From the IMG/VR virus record IMGVR_UViG_3300027851_000016, positions 1 to 64,000 of that record: a stretch of DNA of 64,000 nucleotides; one strand, given 5' to 3'. Below, in pieces: positions 1 to 9,169 of this stretch. The notes beneath the pieces were generated by a model. It was not told the origin of the DNA and searched no databases. It saw nothing but the letters and a program-made list of their open reading frames with translations. The DNA is from a virus. The translations under genes were made by a program, and so were the position numbers. The first letter of the stretch is position 1. Each line of letters opens with the position of its first letter.

Positions 1-1
1 T

Positions 2-1453
2 GCCGAAGGTGGGCGGGCCCTTGTGCTCGCCCACCGCGGCGAACTCCTGACGCAGGCCGCCGACAAGCTCGCGAAGACGACCGGCCTGCGCTGTGCCACC
101 GAGAAGGCGGAAGAGAGCTGTCTCGACAGCTGGTACCGCGTCGTCGTGGGGAGCGTCCAGACGCTCATGCGTCCGTCACGCCTGGAGCAGTTCGATCCGT
201 CGCACTTCGATACCATCGTGGTCGACGAGGCGCACCACGTGCTCGCTGAGAGCTATCAGCGGGTGCTCGACCACTTCTACGACGCCCGGGTGCTCGGCGT
301 GACGGCCACGCCCGACCGTGGCGACATGCGCAACCTTGGCAGCTACTTCGACTCACTCGCCTACGAGTACACCCTGCCGCGCGCCATCAAGGACGGCTAC
401 CTGTGCCGCATCGAAGCGCAGACCATCCCGCTCAAGCTCGACCTCACCGGAGTGGCCATCCAAAACGGCGACTTCCGCGCGGCTGACGTTGGTACCGCGC
501 TCGACCCGTACCTGCACCAGATAGCTGACGAGATGCTCGCTGCCGGATGCATAGAGCGGCGCAGCGTCGTGTTCCTGCCGCTCATCAAGACCTCGCAGAA
601 GTTCACGCAGATACTCGCCGATCGCGGCTTCCGCGCAGCCGAGGTCAACGGTGAGAGCACCGACCGCGCCGAGGTGCTCGCAGACTTCGAGGCGGGTCGC
701 TACGACGTGCTCTGCAACTCGATGCTTCTGACCGAAGGATGGGACTGCCCAGCGGTCGATTGCATCGTGGTGCTCAGGCCGACGAAGATCAGGAGTCTGT
801 ACGCTCAGATGGTGGGCCGTGGCACGCGACCGGCGCCTGGCAAGGATTCGCTGTTGCTGCTGGACTTCCTGTGGCACACGGAGCGCCACGAGCTCTGCCA
901 CCCCGCGCACCTCATCGCCGAGAGCACGGACGTTGCCGCCAAGATGACCGAGATCATCGAAGAGGCCGGATGCCCGGTCGACATCGAGGTCGTGGAAGTC
1001 CAAGCCGAGAGCGATGTCGTGTCCGAGCGTGAGGAAGCACTCGCCAAGACGCTCGCCGAGATGAAGCACCGCAAGCGCAAGCTCGTCGACCCGCTCCACT
1101 TCGAGATGTCCATCCAGGCCGAGGACCTCGCCAACTACGTTCCCGCGTTCGGGTGGGAGATGGCGCCGCCGTCCGAGAAGCAGACGGCCACGCTCGAGAA
1201 GCTCGGCATCCTGCCGGACGCGATCGAGTGCGCTGGCAAGGCGTCGCTCCTGCTCGACAGGCTCGACAAGCGCCGCCATGAGGGACTCACCACACCCAAG
1301 CAGATCCGCTTCCTCGAGCAGAAGGGCTTCAACCACGTCGGCACATGGAGCTTCGACGCGGCATCCAAGATGGTCGCGCGGATCTCGGCCAACGGCTGGA
1401 AGACGCCGCTCGGTGTGGATCCCCAGACATACGTACCGGAGGTGCAGCAATGA
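2..1453 (+). CDS. SF2 DEAD/DEAH-box helicase (5'-truncated by window edge)
   Basis: Motifs VLAHRGEL, IVVDEAHH, GVTATPDRGD, LTEGWDCP, QMVGRGTR. Walker A is missing and the frame is open from position 2, so the start lies upstream. Confidence 0.92.
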   Translation, partial: AEGGRALVLAHRGELLTQAADKLAKTTGLRCATEKAEESCLDSWYRVVVGSVQTLMRPSRLEQFDPSHFDTIVVDEAHHVLAESYQRVLDHFYDARVLGVTATPDRGDMRNLGSYFDSLAYEYTLPRAIKDGYLCRIEAQTIPLKLDLTGVAIQNGDFRAADVGTALDPYLHQIADEMLAAGCIERRSVVFLPLIKTSQKFTQILADRGFRAAEVNGESTDRAEVLADFEAGRYDVLCNSMLLTEGWDCPAVDCIVVLRPTKIRSLYAQMVGRGTRPAPGKDSLLLLDFLWHTERHELCHPAHLIAESTDVAAKMTEIIEEAGCPVDIEVVEVQAESDVVSEREEALAKTLAEMKHRKRKLVDPLHFEMSIQAEDLANYVPAFGWEMAPPSEKQTATLEKLGILPDAIECAGKASLLLDRLDKRRHEGLTTPKQIRFLEQKGFNHVGTWSFDAASKMVARISANGWKTPLGVDPQTYVPEVQQ

Positions 1454-1683
1454 CCATGAACAAGCTTTCAGACTTGAACAACCACCTGTTCGCTCAGCTT
1501 GAGCGGCTTGGAGATGAGGGACTGACCGGCGACGGGCTCACACAGGAGATAGAGCGCGCACGTGCCGTCTCGTCAGTGGCCACACAGGTGATCGCGAACG
1601 GCACGCTCGTACTCAAGGCGGCGGCGTTTCAAGACGAGCGCATGACAGCCAACAAGTCACTCCCACCGATGCTGGAGGGCTAG
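1450..1683 (+). CDS. conserved small phage protein (NKLSDLNNHLFAQLERL type)
   Basis: ATGA overlap with the helicase stop; resembles a small protein often found just upstream of phage HNH genes. Confidence 0.7.
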   Translation: MTMNKLSDLNNHLFAQLERLGDEGLTGDGLTQEIERARAVSSVATQVIANGTLVLKAAAFQDERMTANKSLPPMLEG

Positions 1684-1686
1684 ACG

Positions 1687-2328
1687 ATGGCGCAGACCGG
1701 CAGGATACCAGGCAGCAAGAACACGCGGTTCCACATATGGACACCCGAGGAGAAGTCGTACCTCGCCGAGATCGTTCCAGGCCGGGGCCACGCCGAGATA
1801 TGCGCCATGATGCGCGATCGCTTCGACTCCGATCTGGCGGACACGCAGATCAAGGGAGCCATTACGAGATTCGGTCTGAACACCGGGCGCACGGGCTACT
1901 TCGAGAAGGGCACTGTGCCGCCCAACAAGGGCCGCAAGGGATACTGCCCGCCTGGATGTGAGAAGGGCTGGTTCCCGAAGGGGAACATCGCCGCGAACCG
2001 CGTGGAGATCGGCACGGAGAAGCTCCGACAGGACGGTTACGTATGGGTGAAGGTCGCCGACGGCCAGAAGAACCGCAACTGGATCTCCAAGCACGTGCTC
2101 GCGTGGGAAGCCGCCAACGGTCCCGTACCGCCCGGCCACTGCGTGATGATCAAAGACGGCGACCCGCACAACGATTCGCTTGAGAACCTGCTGCTTATCA
2201 GCAAGAAGGACATCGTGCGGTTCAACCAGCTCAGGATGCCACGAGGCAGTGGCGGAGTGACCGAATCGGGCGTGCTTGTAGCGCGAGTCGCCAACGCGAT
2301 CGCAGAGGCGAAGCGGAGGGCATCATGA
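1687..2328 (+). CDS. HNH endonuclease (HNH_3 type)
   Basis: DGYVWVKV...HVLAWEAANGPVPPGHCVMIKDGDPHNDSLENLLL; FxKGxxPxN repeats. Confidence 0.85.
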   Translation: MAQTGRIPGSKNTRFHIWTPEEKSYLAEIVPGRGHAEICAMMRDRFDSDLADTQIKGAITRFGLNTGRTGYFEKGTVPPNKGRKGYCPPGCEKGWFPKGNIAANRVEIGTEKLRQDGYVWVKVADGQKNRNWISKHVLAWEAANGPVPPGHCVMIKDGDPHNDSLENLLLISKKDIVRFNQLRMPRGSGGVTESGVLVARVANAIAEAKRRAS

Positions 2329-2570
2329 AGTGCTCGTGGGACTGCTCGAAGTATCGTGAGCGCCCTGATGCGGCGTGCGTCGGTGACGAGCAGCTGTGCC
2401 TGGCCGCCATCTGCATCGACGAGCGTCACCCCGACCGGGGCGACATGCCGCGCTGCACGCTCGCTACCGAATCGCGCGAATGGTGGCCGCTCCTGCGCAC
2501 CGGTGCGCTCGTGCTCCGAGGCGCTGAGTGCACCGCGAACGCGAAACCGCGACTGTTCGACATCTACTAG
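2325..2570 (+). CDS. hypothetical Cys-rich protein
   Basis: ATGA overlap, GGAGG RBS. Confidence 0.5.
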   Translation: MKCSWDCSKYRERPDAACVGDEQLCLAAICIDERHPDRGDMPRCTLATESREWWPLLRTGALVLRGAECTANAKPRLFDIY

Positions 2571-2584
2571 AGAGGGAGGAAGAA

Positions 2585-2980
2585 ATGACGGACCTCGGCT
2601 GGATCACCGACGATGAGGAAGAAGCAGAGAGTCTCGAATATGAGATCAACATTGAGATCGACATCGGCATCGCCACCTGCCGCGTGTGCGGGTGCACCGA
2701 GAACGACCCCTGTCCCGGTGGATGCCACTGGGTGCCTGATCCAGAAGGCGACCTCTGCAGCGAGTGTGCCACCGGGATGTGGGCCATGCCTGACGGCCGC
2801 GTGCTGCACGTCGACAAGGGCCTCGGCGGGACGTATATGACGTTCCCCGCGAACTCACGCCACCGTGTGAAGTCCCCGAAGCTCCCCATGCGCGACACGC
2901 GCGAGGAAGCCCAAGCCGACCTGGACGAGTACGCCATCGCCAAGGGCGGACGCCGGAGGCTGGCGGTGCGACGTGGCTAG
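2585..2980 (+). CDS. hypothetical Zn-finger protein
   Basis: GGAGGA RBS before ATG 2585; CRVCGC..C..GC.W....DLCSEC motif. Confidence 0.6.
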   Translation: MTDLGWITDDEEEAESLEYEINIEIDIGIATCRVCGCTENDPCPGGCHWVPDPEGDLCSECATGMWAMPDGRVLHVDKGLGGTYMTFPANSRHRVKSPKLPMRDTREEAQADLDEYAIAKGGRRRLAVRRG

Positions 2981-3500
2981 ATTCACCGGCTCCACCGTCG
3001 AGCTTCGCTCCGTCGAACCGCACTTCTCGGCTGAACGCGATGGGCGCAAGCCCAACACGCTTCGGCAGATGACCGATGCTGAGTACGCCGCGACGCTCGT
3101 GTGTGAGCGTGTGCGCATCGTCGGCCCTGATAGCGCTACGTTCGAGCGCGAGATCACATCGGTGGTCGACGTGAACGACGTGTTCGAGCTGGAGACGTGT
3201 GACCGGCTCGTGGTGATCTCGTGGAAGCACGACCCAAAGGGCGAGCGCGAGCAGGTACTCAAGACATGCCCAGTGTGCGGCAAGCCGTTCGACGCGACAG
3301 AGCGTCCGCCATCCTCTCTGTACTGCTCAAAGCGCTGCGCAACAGTGCAAGCGAAGCGCGAGTACAGGAAGCGCAAGAATGTAGCAGCAGCGAAGCCAGC
3401 ACTCGACGCCGATTGTGCCGCGTGCATCAGCGTCGGAGTCGACTTCTCCGAGACCTGCATGGGCAAGCCATGTCCGCATTGGAGGAGCCGCAATGTCTGA
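2973..3500 (+). CDS. ASCH/PUA-like N-terminal domain plus C-terminal Zn fingers
   Basis: ELRSVEPHFSAERDGRKPNTLR resembles the ASCH/DUF3850 start motif; CPVCGKPF..YCSKRC. Confidence 0.45.
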   Translation: MARFTGSTVELRSVEPHFSAERDGRKPNTLRQMTDAEYAATLVCERVRIVGPDSATFEREITSVVDVNDVFELETCDRLVVISWKHDPKGEREQVLKTCPVCGKPFDATERPPSSLYCSKRCATVQAKREYRKRKNVAAAKPALDADCAACISVGVDFSETCMGKPCPHWRSRNV

Positions 3501-5793
3501 TCGCGAGACTGATCTGCTCGAGGTGCTCGACGCGATCGACCCGGCGTCATGCAGCTACGAGGAGTGGGCGCAGATCGGGATGGGCCTCAAGCACGAGGGC
3601 CACACCGCATCGGACTGGGACAGGTGGTCACAGCGTGACCACAAGCGATACCACGCCGGGGAGTGCTTCCGGAAGTGGGACACGTTCCGCGGCTCAGACA
3701 AGCCCGTGACCGGCGGCACCATCGTCGCGATCGCACGTGACCACGGCTGGAGGCCGCCTGCTCGTGACACCGGCTACGCACTGGATTGGGACAGCGTCAT
3801 CGGCCCCCGCGAGGACAAGCGCGCCATCGTCGCCGACGTAGCATGGGTCGAGGGCGAGGACATCCCGGAGCCGGACGACGCGGCGTGGGACGCCACCGGA
3901 GAGCTCATCCGGTATCTGGAGACGCTGTTCGAGGCCGGGGAGAACGTCGGCTACGTGACCGGCTCATGGGAGAAGGACGGCCGGTTCCTGCCGAAGAAGG
4001 GCAACTACGACAGGACCGCGGGCGAGCTCATCCACGAGCTTTCCAAGAGCCGGGACTTCGGCCGCGTGTTCGGCGACTTCGACGAGGCCGTGGGCGCGTG
4101 GATCCGCTTCAACCCGCTCGATGGTCGCGGCGTGAAGAACGAGAACGTGACAGAGTTCAGGTACGCGCTCGTCGAATCAGACGACATGCCAATCGCCAAG
4201 CAGAACGCCATCATCCGCGAGCTTGAGCTACCGGTAGCCGCACTCGTGCACTCGGGCGGCAAGAGCCTGCACGCCATCGTGCGGGTGGACGCCCCTGACT
4301 ACGACGAGTACCGCAAGCGCGTCGACTACCTGTACGACTTCTGCAAGAAGAACAAGCTCGAGCTCGACACCCAGAACAAGAACCCCTCCAGGCTATCCAG
4401 GATGCCCGGTGTGACGCGCAACGGACACAAACAGTTCCTGGTGGCCACGAACATCGGCAAGGCGAACTGGGCCGAGTGGCGTGCGTGGGTGGACGAAGCC
4501 GAGGACGTGCTGCCGGTCGATGTGACGGACTTCTCTGATGAGTGGGACGAGGATATCCCGACAGAGGCGTCGGTCATCGACGGCATGCTCGCTCAGAACG
4601 AGAAGATGATGCTGGCCGGTCCTTCCAAGGCGGGCAAAACGGTCGCGTTGCTGGAGCTCGCATGCGCGGTCGCGAGCGGCGGCACGTGGTTCGGGGCGAA
4701 GTGTGCGCAAGGCGACGCGCTCTTCGTGAACTTCGAACTCAAGCGCGAGAGCAGGATCCGCCGCGTGAAGCAGATATACGAGGCGTGCGGGTACTCGCGG
4801 GAAAGCGCCGGCCGCCTGCACTTCCTTGACCTGCGCGGGCACTCGGCGCCGCTTCAGCAGCTCATCTCCAAGATCGTGCGCCAGACGGTCAAGTACCAGT
4901 GCTCGCTTCTCGTACTCGACCCCATCTACAAGATCATGCAGGGCGACGAGAACAACGCCGAGGCCGTGGGCGCGTTCTGCAACCAGCTCGACAGCCTGGG
5001 CAGACAGCTCGGGTGCTCGATCGTATACTGCCACCACTACTCAAAGGGGCAGCAGGGCCAGAAGTCATCGATGGACCGTGCGAGCGGTAGCGGCGTGTTC
5101 GCTCGCGACGCCGACGCACTCCTGGCGATGACCGAGCTCGAGGTCACCAAGGAGATACTGGCGGCGTACGTGAACCACTCCGAGTGCGCGTTCATCCCGC
5201 GCTGGCTCGAGGAGCACGGGCATGCAGGCGTGCTCGACGATGTGCCGCAGGACACGCTGGTGGTCGCCACGGCGCTCCGTACGGCGCTCGTTGAGCTTCT
5301 CCCGAACAAGGCCATGAACGCGCTCATAGCGGCACTCGACGAGCTCAACGAGGCCGTCTCAAAGGCGAGCGCATACCGCATCGAATCCACGCTCAGGGAC
5401 TTCGCGCCTCACCCGCCTGTCAACGTCTGGTACAGGTTCCCGGTGCACGAGGTGGACACCGTTGGGATCCTCGCGGACGCACAGATCAAGGACCTCATCG
5501 ACCCGGTGAAGAAGGCGAAGGCGGTCCAGTCAAGCATACGGGCGAGCAGGAAAGAGGTCGCCGAGATGCGGGAGCTCGAATCCATCAGGAGCGCGATCGA
5601 CAACGCGAACCTTGGCGAGCCCCCGACAGTGCGTCAGGCGATGGAGTACCTCGGGCTCGACGCGTCCGATGAGGCGGCGAAGAAGAGGTTCAAGCGGAAG
5701 CTCCCGAGCATCGATCACGAGATCGTGTGCGTCGACACGTCACAGAATCTGTACGTCATCAAGCCGAAAGCAGGTGCACATCATGGTGGGTAG
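3493..5793 (+). CDS. primase-helicase (PriCT-2 + primase + RepA/AAA_25 helicase)
   Basis: SYEEWAQIGMGLK (PriCT-2), ALVESD and SGGKSLHA (primase), GPSKAGKT Walker A, LVLDPIY Walker B, YCHHYSKG, ASGSG; GGAGGAG RBS before ATG 3493. Confidence 0.9.
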   Translation: MSDRETDLLEVLDAIDPASCSYEEWAQIGMGLKHEGHTASDWDRWSQRDHKRYHAGECFRKWDTFRGSDKPVTGGTIVAIARDHGWRPPARDTGYALDWDSVIGPREDKRAIVADVAWVEGEDIPEPDDAAWDATGELIRYLETLFEAGENVGYVTGSWEKDGRFLPKKGNYDRTAGELIHELSKSRDFGRVFGDFDEAVGAWIRFNPLDGRGVKNENVTEFRYALVESDDMPIAKQNAIIRELELPVAALVHSGGKSLHAIVRVDAPDYDEYRKRVDYLYDFCKKNKLELDTQNKNPSRLSRMPGVTRNGHKQFLVATNIGKANWAEWRAWVDEAEDVLPVDVTDFSDEWDEDIPTEASVIDGMLAQNEKMMLAGPSKAGKTVALLELACAVASGGTWFGAKCAQGDALFVNFELKRESRIRRVKQIYEACGYSRESAGRLHFLDLRGHSAPLQQLISKIVRQTVKYQCSLLVLDPIYKIMQGDENNAEAVGAFCNQLDSLGRQLGCSIVYCHHYSKGQQGQKSSMDRASGSGVFARDADALLAMTELEVTKEILAAYVNHSECAFIPRWLEEHGHAGVLDDVPQDTLVVATALRTALVELLPNKAMNALIAALDELNEAVSKASAYRIESTLRDFAPHPPVNVWYRFPVHEVDTVGILADAQIKDLIDPVKKAKAVQSSIRASRKEVAEMRELESIRSAIDNANLGEPPTVRQAMEYLGLDASDEAAKKRFKRKLPSIDHEIVCVDTSQNLYVIKPKAGAHHGG

Positions 5794-5990
5794 GACAGTG
5801 GGTAGGACAGTGTGTCGTACCCCGGGGGTAGGACAGGGTAGGACATACCCCGTCCGACGGGGGTCGGACAACCCCCCTACTACAAGTAGTAGGTGTGTCG
5901 TGCACACCCCCCCAGGGGTGGGGGTCGGGCCGGGCTGCGCCCGACACCTCCACCCCCAGGGAGGCGGTGCACTCCCGCGCCGCCTGTACG
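5788..5990. repeat. iteron-like GGGT(A/C)GGACA repeats plus inverted repeats; putative replication origin of segment A
   Basis: GGGTAGGACA at 5788, 5800, 5826 and 5836, GGGTCGGACA at 5861; palindrome CCTACTAC-AA-GTAGTAGG at 5876-5893; further GC hairpins to ~5985; directly downstream of the primase-helicase. Confidence 0.65.
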
Positions 5991-6018
5991 ACCGTCGGTC
6001 AAAGCGAGGTGCAGACCG

Positions 6019-6426
6019 ATGACGATCGAGTTCTTCATGCCGATGGTGCCGCCGACGATGACGCATCAGGACAAGCAACTCGCGGTGAAGAAAGCCGGCC
6101 GGCCGGTGATGTTCGACTCGGCAGAGCTCAAGGCGGTCCGGGTGAAGCTCCGTGACCATCTGGGACCGCATGTCGGCGGCCTGAGACTCAGCGGAGCGTT
6201 GAGGCTGATGGCCAAGTGGTGTTGGCCGTGTGATGGCACCGGGCATGTGAACGGCGAGTACCACACCGACAAGCCCGACACGGACAACGTGGCCAAGACG
6301 CTCAAGGACGCGATGGAGGACGTGGGAGCGTTCGCGATAGGCGACCAGCAAGTGGCGAGCGACATCACCGAGAAGTTCTGGGCGGACGTGCCAGGGATCT
6401 ACGTGAGACTGGAGGAGCTGACATGA
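6019..6426 (+). CDS. rusA: RusA-family Holliday junction resolvase
   Basis: KPDTDNVAKTLKDAM...GDQQVAS..TEKFW..PGIYVRLEEL. Confidence 0.9.
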   Translation: MTIEFFMPMVPPTMTHQDKQLAVKKAGRPVMFDSAELKAVRVKLRDHLGPHVGGLRLSGALRLMAKWCWPCDGTGHVNGEYHTDKPDTDNVAKTLKDAMEDVGAFAIGDQQVASDITEKFWADVPGIYVRLEELT

Positions 6427-6614
6427 CGGGGCTGTTCCCGAGGACACCCGATGAGGCGCACGAGCATCTGGGGCGCGTGCTCGACAACGAGCGGAAGATG
6501 CGCAAGCTGATGCGCTCGCAGAAGCCGGACGAGTACGCATACTGGACGAAGCGGATCGCCGAGATGGACGAAGCGCTTGAGTGCCTCGAGGTGCTGAAGC
6601 CGGTGCAGCGATGA
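6423..6614 (+). CDS. hypothetical protein
   Basis: ATGA overlap, GGAGGAG RBS. Confidence 0.55.
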   Translation: MTGLFPRTPDEAHEHLGRVLDNERKMRKLMRSQKPDEYAYWTKRIAEMDEALECLEVLKPVQR

Positions 6615-6811
6615 GCGACGTGCTGCTGTGCCGCACGTGTCGATCGTGGAACAACTATCGAGCGGCATTTCCGGATGCGATTGACCCAGGCTGTAAGCGC
6701 ATCTGCGACAAAGGCCACGAGACGCACGCCGATAGCTGGAAGCCGTGCTGGATGCCTCGGACACCAAAGCAGCTTGCACAAGAAGCGAACGATGAGGGGA
6801 GGCTGTTCTGA
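6611..6811 (+). CDS. hypothetical Cys-rich protein
   Basis: ATGA overlap at the start and TGATG overlap at the end. Confidence 0.45.
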   Translation: MSDVLLCRTCRSWNNYRAAFPDAIDPGCKRICDKGHETHADSWKPCWMPRTPKQLAQEANDEGRLF

Positions 6812-7149
6812 TGAGCGACGTTTACGAGATGGCGAAGGTGCTTGCCGGAAACCGGAAGGTGAGTGCAACAGCGGCAGACTACGGCACGATGTCGACCGCC
6901 GAGTTCGTGGAGGGCGTGTTCTCAACGAACGACCGGGACACTGCGCGTGATGTGCTCGTGAAGGTGATCGACACCGAGCGCAAGCGTGGCGACTTCTTCC
7001 GTGACGCGCTCGACGCGCTCCACGAGTGTCCACCCGTACACCTGGATTACCCGTGCAAGGGCCGCAAGGGGAAGCCGTGTCCATACGAGGGCGACGATGG
7101 CATCGACTACGCCGCCTGTTGGGACGAAGTAGAGAGGCGGCAGCGATGA
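6811..7149 (+). CDS. hypothetical protein, paralog of 7779..8111
   Basis: Shared C-terminal half RKR.DFFRD.LDAL..CP...DYPCK.RKG.PCPY...DYAACWDEVERRQR. Confidence 0.65.
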   Translation: MSDVYEMAKVLAGNRKVSATAADYGTMSTAEFVEGVFSTNDRDTARDVLVKVIDTERKRGDFFRDALDALHECPPVHLDYPCKGRKGKPCPYEGDDGIDYAACWDEVERRQR

Positions 7150-7150
7150 G
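7104..7150 (+). repeat. 47-bp perfect direct repeat, copy 1
   Basis: CGACTACGCCGCCTGTTGGGACGAAGTAGAGAGGCGGCAGCGATGAG, identical to 8066-8112. Confidence 0.95.
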
Positions 7151-7454
7151 CATCCTGACCGACCTGCGTGCGGCGTTGGAGGCGAAGCATGAGGCGATTA
7201 GACGCTGCCAGCAAGACCATTGCGAAGCTGCCCTTAGCGAGATGGCATACCTTGAGCTGTACTCAGCGCTCGGGACGTACCGCAAGCTTCGCACCGACGA
7301 CACCATCCGAGCCCTGCTCGACGTGGCAGAGGCGGCAGAGCGTGAGCCGAGATGCCCGTTCTGTAGCGCATTCCGCAACATGCGAGGGGTAGAGCGCAAG
7401 CCGCATCTAGCCGACTGCCCGCTCGCCCCACTTGTGAAGGAGCGTGGACTGTGA
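7146..7454 (+). CDS. hypothetical protein, paralog of 7451..7786
   Basis: MSILTDLRAALEA...TDDTIRALLDVA.AA...PLVKE versus MSILPDLEAALDA...TDDTIAALIAVA.AA...PLVKE. Confidence 0.65.
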   Translation: MSILTDLRAALEAKHEAIRRCQQDHCEAALSEMAYLELYSALGTYRKLRTDDTIRALLDVAEAAEREPRCPFCSAFRNMRGVERKPHLADCPLAPLVKERGL

Positions 7455-7786
7455 GCATCCTACCCGACCTCGAAGCGGCGTTGGATGCTTGGCTCGAAGC
7501 GGAGGACGCCTATCTGACGTATGACCGTGCCGACATCGTTGAGCTGGCCCGTCGCCTCGATAGCAAGATGAGTGCGAGGTCAGTACTCGTGTCGCGTCTC
7601 CTCACCGACGACACCATCGCCGCACTCATAGCGGTGGCACGGGCGGCAGACGAACTGTCCTGCATCGTCATCGAGAAGTCGCTTAACCTCGACTGGGAGT
7701 ACCCGAGAGGGATGTGCAAGGGGTGTGAGCAAGAAGCACTCTGCGCCGCCCTCGAACCACTCGTGAAGGAGGCCGACGATGAGTGA
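7451..7786 (+). CDS. hypothetical protein, paralog of 7146..7454
   Basis: GTGA overlap, AAGGAG RBS, shared motifs with its paralog. Confidence 0.65.
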   Translation: MSILPDLEAALDAWLEAEDAYLTYDRADIVELARRLDSKMSARSVLVSRLLTDDTIAALIAVARAADELSCIVIEKSLNLDWEYPRGMCKGCEQEALCAALEPLVKEADDE

Positions 7787-8111
7787 CCGCATAGACGAGT
7801 TGGTGGAGACAGTGAGAACGGCGTGTGAGGTCATTGATGACGAGGGTTCGACCCCGTCGCGGCCTTGCACGGTGTACGGCGATGCTCTCACCGAACTCGC
7901 CACCATCGCACGCGAGAACGCTGCCGAAGCCGACATCCAGCGCAAGCGTGCCGACTTCTTCCGCGACCAGCTCGACGCGCTCAACGGGTGTCCGACCGGC
8001 GACGACTATCCGTGCAAGGACCGCAAGGGTGAGCCGTGTCCATACCTTACCGACGCGGGCATCCCCGACTACGCCGCCTGTTGGGACGAAGTAGAGAGGC
8101 GGCAGCGATGA
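7779..8111 (+). CDS. hypothetical protein, paralog of 6811..7149
   Basis: AAGGAGG RBS; shared C-terminus with its paralog. Confidence 0.65.
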   Translation: MSDRIDELVETVRTACEVIDDEGSTPSRPCTVYGDALTELATIARENAAEADIQRKRADFFRDQLDALNGCPTGDDYPCKDRKGEPCPYLTDAGIPDYAACWDEVERRQR

Positions 8112-8112
8112 G
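8066..8112 (+). repeat. 47-bp perfect direct repeat, copy 2
   Basis: Identical to 7104-7150. Confidence 0.95.
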
Positions 8113-8263
8113 TGAGCTACTGACCGAGATGCTGAAGGTTGGGCTGCTGCTCATCGAGGTGCTTGTAGTGGTGTGGCTGCTTGGCAGGAATGAGAAGACC
8201 ATCGTACGCGTGCTGGACTTCGTGACACGCAGCTTGTTCGGGGGAGGACAAGATGGGCGCTGA
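8108..8263 (+). CDS. small membrane protein
   Basis: ATGA overlap; hydrophobic stretch VGLLLIEVLVVVWLL. Confidence 0.5.
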   Translation: MSELLTEMLKVGLLLIEVLVVVWLLGRNEKTIVRVLDFVTRSLFGGGQDGR

Positions 8264-8660
8264 CCTGATTACGGCTGTGCTGGTCAAGCCGCACGGCAAG
8301 GAGTTGGACTGGGAGGCTGCGCATGCCGTAATCGACACGATGGTTGCGGATGACTTCGATGAGCAGTTCGTATGTGCGTTTGGGTTCGAAGACGCGATGG
8401 ATAGTGTGGCCATCGAAGACCTGCGGGACACGGCGCACCAGGCGTTTCTCGATGTCCAGAATGCTCATGAGAACAGTTATCGGCATCTGAACGTGTACGC
8501 GGACATGTACGGCATCGGTTTGGATGTGCTGGTTGTCGGGGGAACGTCGTGGGGTGATTCGCCAGACGGTCTGGATGCGTTCATCGGTGTTAGTGCATGT
8601 AGGGAGGCTGCAGAGGCGGCTGGTTTCCTGTTCGACCTGCGGGAATGGGGTCGTGACTAA
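8253..8660 (+). CDS. hypothetical protein
   Basis: GGAGGA RBS; acidic 135-aa ORF. Confidence 0.65.
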   Translation: MGADLITAVLVKPHGKELDWEAAHAVIDTMVADDFDEQFVCAFGFEDAMDSVAIEDLRDTAHQAFLDVQNAHENSYRHLNVYADMYGIGLDVLVVGGTSWGDSPDGLDAFIGVSACREAAEAAGFLFDLREWGRD

Positions 8661-8681
8661 GAAATCGTTATCTGGTAGAAT
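8653..8681 (+). promoter_or_regulatory. sigma70-type promoter, GTTAT-box family (probably a leaderless transcript of the HNH gene)
   Basis: GTGACT-17 bp (containing GTTATC)-TAGAAT; ATG at 8688 sits at the expected +1 and has no RBS. Confidence 0.6.
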
Positions 8682-8687
8682 GAAGAT

Positions 8688-9110
8688 ATGAAACTACATC
8701 CGATGGATAGATGCGTTGAACAGGACATGGGGTTTGTTACCCCGTGTTGGCTCTGGATGGGTGCTAAGAACTCCAAGGGTTATGGGATGCTGAAGTGGAA
8801 GGGTCGTGTGTTTCGTTCTCATAGGTGGTTCTATGAGCACTTCGTCGGTCCGATTCCAGCGGGTTTGCAGCTGGACCACCTCTGTAGACAGCGGGACTGC
8901 GTGAATCCACGGCACTTGGAACCTGTCACATGTGCGGAGAACATCGGGCGTGGTAAGCATGGTGCGTTGTCTGCTGCGGAAGTGCTAGAGATTAGAAGGC
9001 GGCTTAGGGTATGCCACTATGGTGAGCAGAAACGCATAGCTGCTGAGTTTGGTATTAGCCCAGTGACTGTTAGCCAGATAAAGCTGGGTAAGGTGTACAG
9101 GCGCGTGTAG
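8688..9110 (+). CDS. HNH endonuclease with C-terminal HTH
   Basis: CWLWMG..NSKGYG, SHRWFY, LDHLCRQRDCVNPRHLEPVT..EN; QKRIAAEFGISPVTVSQI. Confidence 0.9.
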   Translation: MKLHPMDRCVEQDMGFVTPCWLWMGAKNSKGYGMLKWKGRVFRSHRWFYEHFVGPIPAGLQLDHLCRQRDCVNPRHLEPVTCAENIGRGKHGALSAAEVLEIRRRLRVCHYGEQKRIAAEFGISPVTVSQIKLGKVYRRV

Positions 9111-9169
9111 GGACGACCATGGATTGGCGTCCAAACGGAAGGCCCACGGGGGCCGAGGAAGGAATGGAC

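Noticed and set aside
5788-5870. Possible CRISPR array, given a Cas4-like gene in the window
   Set aside because: Repeats are 10 bp with 0-16-bp gaps, not 25-40-bp repeats with unique spacers; no cas1/cas2 seen.
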